Source: Alistipes sp. (GTDB lineage: Bacteria; Bacteroidota; Bacteroidia; Bacteroidales; Rikenellaceae). Taken from it: a stretch of DNA of 64,000 nt. Location of the stretch: positions 1,419-65,418 of the forward strand of contig JAIDUZ010000070.1 of NCBI GenBank assembly GCA_029059935.1, written 5' to 3'. Shown piece by piece: positions 9,968 to 19,170 of the stretch. The notes under the pieces were generated by a model. That model saw nothing but the letters and a program-made list of their open reading frames with translations. It was not told the origin of the DNA and did not search any database. The position numbers and the translations under genes were made by a program. Numbering within the stretch: position 1 is the first letter of the stretch; each line of letters opens with the position of its first letter.

Positions 9968-10868
9968 CGTCGTCCAACATTTTGAGATAACTTTCGTAAC
10001 GCATCGGTGCGATGCCGCCCTGCCGGACGGCCTCGACGACGGCGCAGCCGGGTTCGTGGGTGTGGGTGCAGTTGTAGAAGCGGCAGTCGCGGCCCGTGCG
10101 CATCATCTCGGGGAAGTAGTGCCACAATTCGCCCCCGTCGATGTCGATGAGTCCGAAGCCCTTGATGCCCGGGGTGTCGATGACGGCGCCGCCCCCGGCC
10201 AGGGGATACATGGTGGAAAAGGTGGTCGTATGGCGCCCCTTGCAATGGCTCTCCGAGATTTCGCCCGTGCGGATGTCGAGCGACGGGTCGATGGCGCCGA
10301 CGAGCGTGGACTTGCCCACGCCCGAGTTGCCCGAAACGAGCGTGGTGCGGCCCCGCAACAACGCCTCGACCTCGGCCATCCCCTCGCCCGTGGTGGCCGA
10401 GACCGTGAGTACACGGTAGCCGGCCGCTTCGTAGACGGCCCGGAACGCAGCGACCTCGTCGGGGTCCTGAAGGTCGATTTTCGAGAGCAGGATGGTGGCG
10501 GGGACTTTGTAGGCCTCGCAGGTGACCAGAAAACGGTCGACGAACTCGGGGGCTGTCTCGGGCCGGCGCAAGGTGACCATCAACAAAGCCTGGTCGACAT
10601 TGGCGGCGATGATGTGCGACTCCTTGGAGAGGTTGGAGGCGCGGCGGATGACGTAGTTGCGGCGCGGCTCGACGGCCACGATGGCGTGGTCGCCGTTGGC
10701 ATCGCTCTCGCAAGTCACGCGGTCGCCCACCACCACGGGGCTGGTGGAACGCACCCCCTTGAGCCGCAGGCGGCCCCGGATACGGCAGCGCAGGCGCTCG
10801 GCGCCGGCGAGCACCTCGTACCAACTGCCCGTGGCGCGGACCACCACTCCCTCGAAAATATGCTCCAT
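9948..10868 (-). CDS. rsgA: Ribosome small subunit-dependent GTPase A
   Basis: VVGD, AANVDQ, SKID, GNSGVGKS, KGRHTTT, DTPG, CRFYNCTHTHEPGC. Confidence 0.97.
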   Translation of the reverse strand: MEHIFEGVVVRATGSWYEVLAGAERLRCRIRGRLRLKGVRSTSPVVVGDRVTCESDANGDHAIVAVEPRRNYVIRRASNLSKESHIIAANVDQALLMVTLRRPETAPEFVDRFLVTCEAYKVPATILLSKIDLQDPDEVAAFRAVYEAAGYRVLTVSATTGEGMAEVEALLRGRTTLVSGNSGVGKSTLVGAIDPSLDIRTGEISESHCKGRHTTTFSTMYPLAGGGAVIDTPGIKGFGLIDIDGGELWHYFPEMMRTGRDCRFYNCTHTHEPGCAVVEAVRQGGIAPMRYESYLKMLDDDDKYRK

Positions 10869-10871
10869 AGG

Positions 10872-11399
10872 CTATGCTTCCTGTTGTTTTCCGGACTCCT
10901 CCGAATCCTCCGGCTGCGACATCCGGTCGCCCAGCCGCTCCGCCCAAGGAAAGACTACTTCCGAAAGCCGCAGAACGGGCCTGTAACACCTCGACGAAGC
11001 GACGGCGGACTCGCTGACGAGCGAATAATCGGCATTGAATTTGTCGAACGCCGCGAAGAGGGCGCTGACGACCAACAAGTATTTGAACACCGACACGGCG
11101 ATGCCGAGGACGAGGTCGAAAGTGCCCAACCCTGCGAAACGGAAGATTCCCCGCACGGCCCGGGCCGCCACGGCGACGACCAACACGGCAGCCACCAACA
11201 CGACGGCGAAACCTCCGGCCGTACGCACCGACTCGTCGAGCCGCAATGCTTCGCCCACCGCATGGCCGTAGTGCGCGGCGCACCACAGCCCGGCGACGAT
11301 GGCCAGGAGCGAACACACCTGCACGATGAAACCCTTGCGCCAACCGTTCCACACGGCGACGGCCAGAACCAGCAGGACGATCAGATCGATGGTATTCAA
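10872..11399 (-). CDS. CvpA family membrane protein
   Basis: TIDLIVLLVL...GWRKGF, four hydrophobic segments, D.VLG motif; TTG start. Confidence 0.85.
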   Translation of the reverse strand: MNTIDLIVLLVLAVAVWNGWRKGFIVQVCSLLAIVAGLWCAAHYGHAVGEALRLDESVRTAGGFAVVLVAAVLVVAVAARAVRGIFRFAGLGTFDLVLGIAVSVFKYLLVVSALFAAFDKFNADYSLVSESAVASSRCYRPVLRLSEVVFPWAERLGDRMSQPEDSEESGKQQEA

Positions 11400-11466
11400 G
11401 GCGAAGCAGCTAAGACGAAGCCAAAGGTACGAATTTTATCGGGAATTCCGAATTTTGCGTATCATT

Positions 11467-11687
11467 GGCATGGCCGAAGATGCCCTCGTCCCGGCATAAT
11501 CAAACCTGCGGTTTGCTTCTGCGCTCGACTTATTCGACTTTGGCTTCGCCGAAGATACTTCGCCTCGGTAATGCTCAAATAAATTTGGCATTACGCTCGG
11601 CTTATTCGACTTTGGCTAACGCCCAAGATACTTCCGCTCGGCAAAATGCAAGCGAGCTTGCTTTTGCTCTCGCTTATTCGTATCTTT
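11467..11687 (+). repeat. Tandem array of three 73-75 nt palindromic REP-like units
   Basis: Each unit approximates GGC-N3-4-GCC, AAGATRC, CTCGG, variable hairpin, CNCTCG(R)CTTATTCG; AAGAT at 11477, 11552, 11625. Confidence 0.85.
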
Positions 11688-11866
11688 AATGCAGTGGGAA
11701 ATAATTGCTTGACTGCAAGCGATATGAGAAAATCATCGTGAAAAAAGGCAATGGATAAGTAAATCGTAAAGTGTGTAAGATCACTTCATTTTCACGATTT
11801 CAAACAACTCGTTAATCTTATTGCAAAAGTAATTCTTTTTGCGTTATTCGCAATATCTATAACGAT

Positions 11867-12510
11867 TTATTTTTCATCTTTTGACATTTCGATTTGTTCG
11901 GCGTTCTTTGCAGCCAAGACCTGTTTGGCATTGAGACGCGAAACCACCTTTTTGCCTGTTCTGGCTTCGAGTTCCAGTCGGGCATTGCGGGCGATCGTGC
12001 CACCTTGCCGTGCGACCGCTTTGTGTGCCGCCAGCGTTCGGGGCTCGGTTACCTCGGTTATGTCTTTGGTAGATGCCTCCGCGAGCATATTGAGAATCAG
12101 CTCGGTGTTGGTCATGTTGTCCGCAAGTTCTCTTTATGCAGTCCCTTGTACGCCTTGTACTCGCGTGTGGTAAAACCCGACCACGTATTGGTAATTATGT
12201 CGGTCAGCGTAGCGAACTGCTGCCCCTCCTGCACTCCGCGCTTTTTCCATGCGTCGGTCAAGTCCTTGCGCACCTCAATCGCTTTTAATCGCTGATTGAT
12301 CCAGTTGTCCGAATACCCCAATTGCTTATAATCGGCCATCGCCTGCTGAATCGACAATTCGGGGTCCTGCATCTGGTCGAGACGGTCGGCAGCGACTTGA
12401 GCCATCCACTGCATGAATGGCTCCGCTTTCGGCGACGGGATCGACTGAATGATACGGAACATTCCCTGCGCCGTTGCGCAATTCACTTTCTGGCGACCTC
12501 CGTTTGTTTT
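11867..12510 (-). pseudogene. Bro-N/antirepressor-like DNA-binding protein, 5' truncated and frameshifted
   Basis: RIIQSIPSPKAEPFMQWMA...GYSDNWINQRL...KENLR, then a frame change near 12120 into DNMTNTELILNMLAEAST. Confidence 0.85.
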
Positions 12511-12654
12511 AGATGATGCCGCGATTCTCTACTACAAGCCATATCGGCGTTTCCACATATGAAAAACAAGTGCTTACAAAATAAATATAGATTATACCCA
12601 TTAAAAAATTGAACAAAAAATCAGAAAAAGAGTAGAACGAAAGAATAAAAATGC

Positions 12655-12662
12655 TACCTTTG
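12655..12662 (+). promoter_or_regulatory. -7 promoter box upstream of the riboswitch
   Basis: TACCTTTG (TAnnTTTG) a few nt before the riboswitch. Confidence 0.7.
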
Positions 12663-12668
12663 TACCAG

Positions 12669-12832
12669 TCAAGTTTCCGTAGGCGTACCGCCTGCATGGA
12701 ATTAAAAGGGAATTCGGTGAAAATCCGAGCTGTACCTGCAGCTGTAAGTCCCCGCAAATGTTTGTCGCATTCTTTGCCACTGGTGTAAACTGGGAAGGCG
12801 CGACAAATGGGACGAGTCAGAAGACCTGCTTG
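12669..12832 (+). promoter_or_regulatory. Cobalamin riboswitch
   Basis: AAAAGGGAAttcGGTGAAAATCC, CAGCTGTAA, GCCACTG...GGGAAGG, B12-box AGTCAGAAGACCTGC; upstream of btu genes. Confidence 0.96.
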
Positions 12833-13014
12833 ATGAGCAATGTGATTCAGCGACCACGGGTAATTGGCGCTCGATCAAAATGAAACAAGGTTCATCATAC
12901 AGATACCTCACATTTCTTTTTGATAACTTGTCCGCACCCGTTCGTTGCGAATCCATCGCAAGGAACGATTTGACGTGTGCGTACCTTTTGTTTAACTTTT
13001 TAATAAACAAGGTT

Positions 13015-13947
13015 ATGAAAAAGAATTTCAGATTGATGGCGATGGCCGTTGCAGCAATGGCTGCCGTGACGTTCTCCGCTTGCAATGCGGATGACGATTT
13101 TTTCGCAGAACCTCTGCATGACGAAGCGGCTCCCGACACCCGAGCCAATGTGGAAAGTGAATGGGTTACAGTGACTTTCGATGATGTATCCTCCAATCAG
13201 CTTGCCGGTCCGACTTCCTACGGTGCCAATCTATACGATGGCTACACTGGATCGAATCCGACCCGTTTCACCACCTACACCGACCGAGCAGCTCGGCTTT
13301 TCAACATCGTATACGGATTGAATGAAGACGGTTACGGAGGTACGTATAATTATTGGAACGGAGGTATTGCCGTTTCGAACTGGAATATCCGCTCCAACGT
13401 CGACGGTCATTCGGGCGATTGGTGGTATTCCTACCAAAACCAATGCAGCGTTTACAATACGGCGTCCGTAGATAATGCCAATGAAAATGCCGGACACAGC
13501 GGATCGAACTTCGGCGTGGTTTACGGATATACCGACACTTACTCGGGATTCATCGCTTGTGCGCAGATGTCGCTGGCAAACAATGCGGAACGCAAGTTCG
13601 ACCGAATGTATGTCTGCAACTCTTCTTACGCATACGGCGTAATCGTCAATGGCAACAGCTTCACGCAGGGCAGCTTACCGAGCAAGAACGGTTGGTTCAA
13701 GCTGGTGGTTCGCGGTTATAAGACCGGAGCTACGGCTCCTGTGGCGACGGACGAAATCTATCTTGCGGACTATCGGAACGAAAGCAATGTTTGTCTTACC
13801 GAGTGGACGTTATTCGATCTGACGAACATCAAAAAACAGGCCGTAAATCGTATCGAGTTCGATTTCGTGGGTTCGGATTCAGGAGCCTACGGGTTGAACA
13901 CGCCGGCTTATGTCTGCATTGACGACGTTCGTATTTTTAGAAACTAA
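13015..13947 (+). CDS. DUF4465 family surface lipoprotein (BtuJ-like, putative B12 binding)
   Basis: Lipobox FSAC + NADDD; WNGGIAVSN, NSSYAY, GSDSGAYGLNTPAYVCIDD. Confidence 0.85.
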   Translation: MKKNFRLMAMAVAAMAAVTFSACNADDDFFAEPLHDEAAPDTRANVESEWVTVTFDDVSSNQLAGPTSYGANLYDGYTGSNPTRFTTYTDRAARLFNIVYGLNEDGYGGTYNYWNGGIAVSNWNIRSNVDGHSGDWWYSYQNQCSVYNTASVDNANENAGHSGSNFGVVYGYTDTYSGFIACAQMSLANNAERKFDRMYVCNSSYAYGVIVNGNSFTQGSLPSKNGWFKLVVRGYKTGATAPVATDEIYLADYRNESNVCLTEWTLFDLTNIKKQAVNRIEFDFVGSDSGAYGLNTPAYVCIDDVRIFRN

Positions 13948-13993
13948 TTAAATAACCGGAGATGGCTCGTCTCCATTTCCACTTGTTTGATCC

Positions 13994-15076
13994 ATGACAA
14001 AGCGTATATTTTATTTTTTATTCGCACTCCTATTGACCTCATGTATGGGGTATGGTCCCATCGACGAGGAAACGTTTTATATAGACGGCAATTTCGGTGA
14101 CGGAAGCGAGGTTACAGGCAAGGGGTTGTTCATTACCAACGAGGGGAACTTCATGTACGGCAATGCGTCGTTATCCTACTACGATCCCGAAACGAAACGG
14201 GTGGAGAACGAGGTATTCGCCCGTGCCAATGCTCAGAAATTAGGCGACGTGGCGCAGTCGATGACCATGCACGGCGGTCTGGGCTGGATTGTAGTGAACA
14301 ACTCGGGCGTCATCTTCGCCATCGACCCCAATACGTTCAAGGAGGTGGGACGTATTACGGGTTTTACCTCGCCGAGATACATTCATTTCCTATCGGACGA
14401 AAAAGCCTATGTGACGCAGATATGGGATCCGCGCATCTATATCGTCAATCCCAAGACCTACCAGATTACAGGGTACGTCGAGACAGACATGGACTATGAA
14501 TCGGGTTCTACGGAGCAGATGGTGCAATACGGCAAATACGTCTTTACAAATTGCTGGTCGTACCAGAACCGTATTCTGAAAATCGACACTGAAACTGATG
14601 AGGTTGTCGATGAACTGGTCGTGGGTATCCAACCCACCTCGCTGGTAATGGATTGCAACAATAAGATGTGGACGATTACCGACGGCGGTTACGAAGGATC
14701 GCCCTACGGGCACGAGGCGCCGTCGCTCTATCGCATCGACGCCGAGACGTTCAAAATCGAAAAGCAGTTCAAGTTCAAGTTCGGCGACTGGCCCTCGGAG
14801 GTGCAGCTGAACGGAACGAAAGACAAGATCTACTGGCTCAACAATTCGGTTTGGTGCATGGGTGTGACAGCCGATCGTGTGCCGGTAAAACCGTTTCTCG
14901 AATATCATAACACACTTTACTACGGATTGACTATCAATCCCGTAAACGGCGACGTCTATATCGCCGATGCCATCGACTACGTGCAGAACGGCGTGGTGCT
15001 GCGCTATTCGGCCGAGGGCGAGTTGCTCGACACTTTTACCGTCGGCATCATTCCGGGAGCTTTTTGCTGGAGATAA
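13994..15076 (+). CDS. btuG: BtuG-like beta-propeller B12-binding lipoprotein
   Basis: Lipobox LTSC; NEGNFMYGNASLSYY, LGDVAQSM, VNNS, SPRY, ADAIDYVQNG, GIIPGAFCW. Confidence 0.9.
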   Translation: MTKRIFYFLFALLLTSCMGYGPIDEETFYIDGNFGDGSEVTGKGLFITNEGNFMYGNASLSYYDPETKRVENEVFARANAQKLGDVAQSMTMHGGLGWIVVNNSGVIFAIDPNTFKEVGRITGFTSPRYIHFLSDEKAYVTQIWDPRIYIVNPKTYQITGYVETDMDYESGSTEQMVQYGKYVFTNCWSYQNRILKIDTETDEVVDELVVGIQPTSLVMDCNNKMWTITDGGYEGSPYGHEAPSLYRIDAETFKIEKQFKFKFGDWPSEVQLNGTKDKIYWLNNSVWCMGVTADRVPVKPFLEYHNTLYYGLTINPVNGDVYIADAIDYVQNGVVLRYSAEGELLDTFTVGIIPGAFCWR

Positions 15077-15089
15077 AAATCATCGGATT

Positions 15090-16907
15090 ATGAAAAAACT
15101 TTACACTCTCTTTTTGATTACGGTCTTTCTTGCGGGATGCAACAAGGACGGGCAGGTCGAAATCGACCAGCCGATGACGCCGCAAATCACGCTCGACAGC
15201 GAGGATGGAATCTATACGGTAAAAGTCGGCCGCGAACTGACCATCGCCCCAACGGTGCAGTATGCAGAAAACGCCCTTTTCTCGTGGACGTTGGACGGGA
15301 AACTGCTCTCCACGGAACCGACATTGACCCATACATGGAGCGAAGCGGCCGAAGTGTACGTAATGTTCACGGTGCAGAACGAAAACGGCAAGGCCGAAGA
15401 GGAGTTGAAAGTGGTGGTGTTGGAGATGGCTCCACCGGTCATTTCGCTGGCTCTGCCGTCAAAAGGGTTGAAGGTACTGCAAAACACGGACTACATCTTT
15501 ACACCCGATATTCAGAACTCCGATTTGGAGGAGTTTCGATGCGAATGGCTGCGCGAGGGCGAGGTCGTGTCCGAAAGCGTAACCTATACGTTCAACGAGG
15601 CGGAGCTTGGCACCTATACGGTTGTTTGCCACGCTTCGAATATCGACGGCGAGACGACGAAAGAGATTACGCTCGAAGTCGTGGACGAACTCCCTTACGA
15701 AGTTTTCTTCCACACACAATCCATCTTCCGGACATCGACGGACCGCTATGTTTATATCGGCACGCCGATCTTCCTCGAACCGCAGCTCTCCTATTTCGAC
15801 AATCCGCAGTTTGTATGGAGCGTGGACGGCGAGACGGTTCCCGATGCCGTAGCGCGCATGTTCCGGTACACACCGACTGAAGCGGGAGAGCATATCGTCC
15901 GGGTTACGGTAAGCGAAGCGAAGCAGCAGGCCAAACAACTTACCCGCAACATTATCCGTGCCGAAACGGCGTTCACGGCCGAGGTAAAGGTTACCTGCGT
16001 CGATGCTGCGCAAGAGGACCGCTACCGTCCGGCCACGGGAGACAGTTCTCCGCTGTGGAACAAGGTATGGGAATATACACCTGCTCCGGGACAGTTCGTC
16101 GGCGAGATGAAGACGGGCGGGTTCGACGGCACGGAGACGACGCAGGAGGCAGCTGTAGCTTATGCCGAGGGGCGTCTGAAAGAGAAGATATGGGTGTCGC
16201 TTGGTGCTTTCGGCGGCTACATCGTCGTAGGCTTCGACCATAGTATCCCCAAACGGGCGACGGCAGAGGGCGAATACGACTTCACGATTCAGGGCAACGC
16301 TTTCGACGGATCGTCGGAACCGGGTATCGTTTGGGTTATGCAGGACATCAATAAAAACGGCGAGCCCGATGACGAGTGGTACGAACTGCGCGGCAGCGAC
16401 ACGGATAAGGAGGGGACTATTCAGAATTACGCTGTCACTTATTATCGTCCCGCCGGCAAACAGATGGACGTGCAGTGGACCGATTCGGAGGGCAAATCGG
16501 GGTGCATTGATTACCTGATTACTTACCATCAGCAGGATTATTACTATCCTGCTTGGATCAAATCGGATACCTACACTCTTTACGGAACCCGTCTGGCTCC
16601 GAACAATGTGCAGGACCCGACCACTGGATACTGGGATAATCAATCCTATGGCTGGGGGTATGTCGACAATTTCAGCGAAACAGACAACCTCGGCGGCGAC
16701 GTGGTAGACGGCAGCGGCCAGACCAATGGCTTCCGCATCGCCAATGCCATGTATCGTGACGGCACGCCGGTCGATCTCCAATACGTGGACTTCATCAAGG
16801 TTCAGACGGGCGTGCAGGTCAAGAGCGGCTGGCTCGGAGAGGTCTCGACGGAGGTATTCTCTTTCTCGGATTTGTCCGTTGCGACCGATAACGAAAACAA
16901 TAAATAA
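15090..16907 (+). CDS. btuH: PKD/Ig-repeat surface lipoprotein with a BtuH-like C-terminal domain
   Basis: Lipobox LAGC; three Ig/PKD-like repeats; EYTPAPGQF, SLGAFGGYIVVGFDH, SEPGIVWVMQD.N.NG.PDD.WYEL, GWLGEVSTE. Confidence 0.8.
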   Translation: MKKLYTLFLITVFLAGCNKDGQVEIDQPMTPQITLDSEDGIYTVKVGRELTIAPTVQYAENALFSWTLDGKLLSTEPTLTHTWSEAAEVYVMFTVQNENGKAEEELKVVVLEMAPPVISLALPSKGLKVLQNTDYIFTPDIQNSDLEEFRCEWLREGEVVSESVTYTFNEAELGTYTVVCHASNIDGETTKEITLEVVDELPYEVFFHTQSIFRTSTDRYVYIGTPIFLEPQLSYFDNPQFVWSVDGETVPDAVARMFRYTPTEAGEHIVRVTVSEAKQQAKQLTRNIIRAETAFTAEVKVTCVDAAQEDRYRPATGDSSPLWNKVWEYTPAPGQFVGEMKTGGFDGTETTQEAAVAYAEGRLKEKIWVSLGAFGGYIVVGFDHSIPKRATAEGEYDFTIQGNAFDGSSEPGIVWVMQDINKNGEPDDEWYELRGSDTDKEGTIQNYAVTYYRPAGKQMDVQWTDSEGKSGCIDYLITYHQQDYYYPAWIKSDTYTLYGTRLAPNNVQDPTTGYWDNQSYGWGYVDNFSETDNLGGDVVDGSGQTNGFRIANAMYRDGTPVDLQYVDFIKVQTGVQVKSGWLGEVSTEVFSFSDLSVATDNENNK

Positions 16908-16926
16908 CCAGAAACTATATAAAATT

Positions 16927-19116
16927 ATGAATTTGAAAAAAATGCTATTGTTGGTCACCGTCGGTTTTCTGATGTTGGCCGGTTGCAGCGATGACGATCC
17001 GATCAATCCGATTCCTGAAGATGCGGACGACAACTTCATCACATCGGTGGTGCTGACCGTCGGCGAAACCTCCTATGCTGCGGCGATCGAAGGGAACGAC
17101 ATTACCGTAACGGTTCCCTACAACGTATCGCTCGACGGTGCTGCGGCCGAATTCAAGTACACGCCGTCGGCGACGATCATGCCCGATCCGGCCGAAATCA
17201 CCGATTGGAATACCGAACGTCAGTTCCGCGTGACCTCCTACAACGGTCGGACGAACGACTACAAATACCTCGTCGTAAAAGACGATATCCGCGAAGAGGG
17301 CGATGTCGTGCTTAAAACCGATGCCGAGGTCAAGGCATTCGCCGACAAAGGCGTGACGATCATCAAGGGCGACCTTATCGTCGGCGAGGCGAGCGGAGAC
17401 AACGCCGTGACAAACATCGAGGCGCTTTCGGCACTCACGCAGGTCGAAGGCGACATCGTCATCAACGACACCTATAAGGGCACGACACTGGACGGTCTGG
17501 AAAATGTTGTGAAGATCGGCGGCCTGCACATCGGCTCGACCGAGGCGGCGTCTACCGCTCCCGAACTCTACTATGCGAGCCTCCGATCGCTCGAAGAGAT
17601 TGCGGGCGACATAACGATATGCAACGACAAATTGCAGTGGTTCGAAGCCGAGAAACTGACGGCAATCGGCGGTTCGCTGGTCATGCGCTCGGCGGCGCTT
17701 ACGTCGGTAACGACGCCCGCTTTGGCGACAGTCGGCAGCGATTTCGAGTTGCAGGGCTCGAACGAGGAGAAGGCAGGCGGCGATATGACTATTGTCGAGA
17801 TGAAAGCACTTGCATCTGTCGGCGGTAAAATCAACATCAAGAACTTTGCGAAACTCAACGCCGTGAAATTCGAAGCGCTGACTTCGGCCGGAGCTGTGCT
17901 GTTGCCGACGATTCCATACGAGTTCGAGACGATTTCGTTGCCCGTGCTTTCCGAGGTGGGCGGCGACATTCAGCTTATCGCCAACACCGACGCCACCTCT
18001 ATCGGCGGCATGGCGATGAATACGGGCGTCAAGACCATCGACATGAACTCTCTGTCGGAAGTGGACGGCACGATCGTCCTCTCTGCGTTCGCAGAACTTC
18101 GCGAGATACCTTCTCTGAACGGAATCAAGGTAAAAGGCATCGAGCTTGTCAACTTAAGTAAAGTGCCCGATCCGCTGAATCTTTCCCAAACGACTTTCTC
18201 GGGCGGTGGCCGGCTCCTGCTTACCAACATGAATCTTATTGCAACGCTTACGTTGCCTGTGCAGGCGGATGTAACGCTCGAACTGCGGTACAACAAACTG
18301 TTGGGCAAGGTTGATGGCGTCGAAGAGCTTGCAGGACTCGTTTATGTACCCGGAACGGACTGCTCGTTCTCTTCGCTGAAGAGTGTCCGGGGCGATGTTT
18401 CGTTCAGTAACGGTCCTCAAACGACGATCTCTACGCCCCAGCTCGAAAAGGTCGGCGGCAACCTGTTGAACGATGTCGAAAAGATCGGTTATCCGAAACT
18501 CATCGAAGTAGGTGGTTATCTGGCCGTAAGCGACAACGTCAGCGACGATAGCGGAACGGCGTGCGACTTCTGCGTCCTGCGCAAGATCGGCGGCCAACTT
18601 TACTTCGACAGTACCAATATTTACGCAGCTATCGATATGCCGGAATTGGAGGAGATCGGTACGGCCGCCGATCCGGCATACTACAAGGCGGGGGCGAACG
18701 ATAAGTATTACAAGGAAGCCCTGTACGGCTCCTGCGCGCTTACAAGCTACGATGGTCTGCATCTTCCTAAACTGCGGAAGATCGGCGGCGCCGGCTTTAC
18801 CCTCGACCTCGGGCTGGGTGGCGGCATGTCGTATTTGGAAGAGCTGTCACTGCCTTTACTCGAAGAGGTGGATGGGATTTTCCAGATCCACCAAAACGGT
18901 CCGGGAATGACACCGGCCGCCCCTCTGGAACGAATCGCACTTCCTGTCATCGCAAAGATCGGATCCGTACATATCGAAGGGTGTTCGGTTACGGATTTCA
19001 GTGCCTTTGCACCTGTTGTCGGACAATTATCGGACGAAACATGGTTCGTCCACGAGGATTGTTCCTATAGTCCGACATGGCAGGACATGAAGAACGGAAA
19101 ATACAAGAAAGAATAA
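16927..19116 (+). CDS. Surface lipoprotein with an Ig-like N-terminus and receptor-L/LRR-like repeats
   Basis: Lipobox LAGC-SDDD; many L..VGG/L..IGG repeats. Confidence 0.75.
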   Translation: MNLKKMLLLVTVGFLMLAGCSDDDPINPIPEDADDNFITSVVLTVGETSYAAAIEGNDITVTVPYNVSLDGAAAEFKYTPSATIMPDPAEITDWNTERQFRVTSYNGRTNDYKYLVVKDDIREEGDVVLKTDAEVKAFADKGVTIIKGDLIVGEASGDNAVTNIEALSALTQVEGDIVINDTYKGTTLDGLENVVKIGGLHIGSTEAASTAPELYYASLRSLEEIAGDITICNDKLQWFEAEKLTAIGGSLVMRSAALTSVTTPALATVGSDFELQGSNEEKAGGDMTIVEMKALASVGGKINIKNFAKLNAVKFEALTSAGAVLLPTIPYEFETISLPVLSEVGGDIQLIANTDATSIGGMAMNTGVKTIDMNSLSEVDGTIVLSAFAELREIPSLNGIKVKGIELVNLSKVPDPLNLSQTTFSGGGRLLLTNMNLIATLTLPVQADVTLELRYNKLLGKVDGVEELAGLVYVPGTDCSFSSLKSVRGDVSFSNGPQTTISTPQLEKVGGNLLNDVEKIGYPKLIEVGGYLAVSDNVSDDSGTACDFCVLRKIGGQLYFDSTNIYAAIDMPELEEIGTAADPAYYKAGANDKYYKEALYGSCALTSYDGLHLPKLRKIGGAGFTLDLGLGGGMSYLEELSLPLLEEVDGIFQIHQNGPGMTPAAPLERIALPVIAKIGSVHIEGCSVTDFSAFAPVVGQLSDETWFVHEDCSYSPTWQDMKNGKYKKE

Positions 19117-19170
19117 CCATTTCGAAAACCGTCTGCGACCTTTACGGGCCGTAGGCGGTTTACTTTCCTT

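Noticed and set aside
11467..11687. CRISPR array
   Set aside because: Only three units; flanks are not identical; the variable parts are palindromes, one of which recurs at 53.7 kb; no cas genes.
12880..13014. N-terminal extension of the DUF4465 ORF
   Set aside because: Falls in the riboswitch expression platform; the signal peptide starts at ATG 13015.
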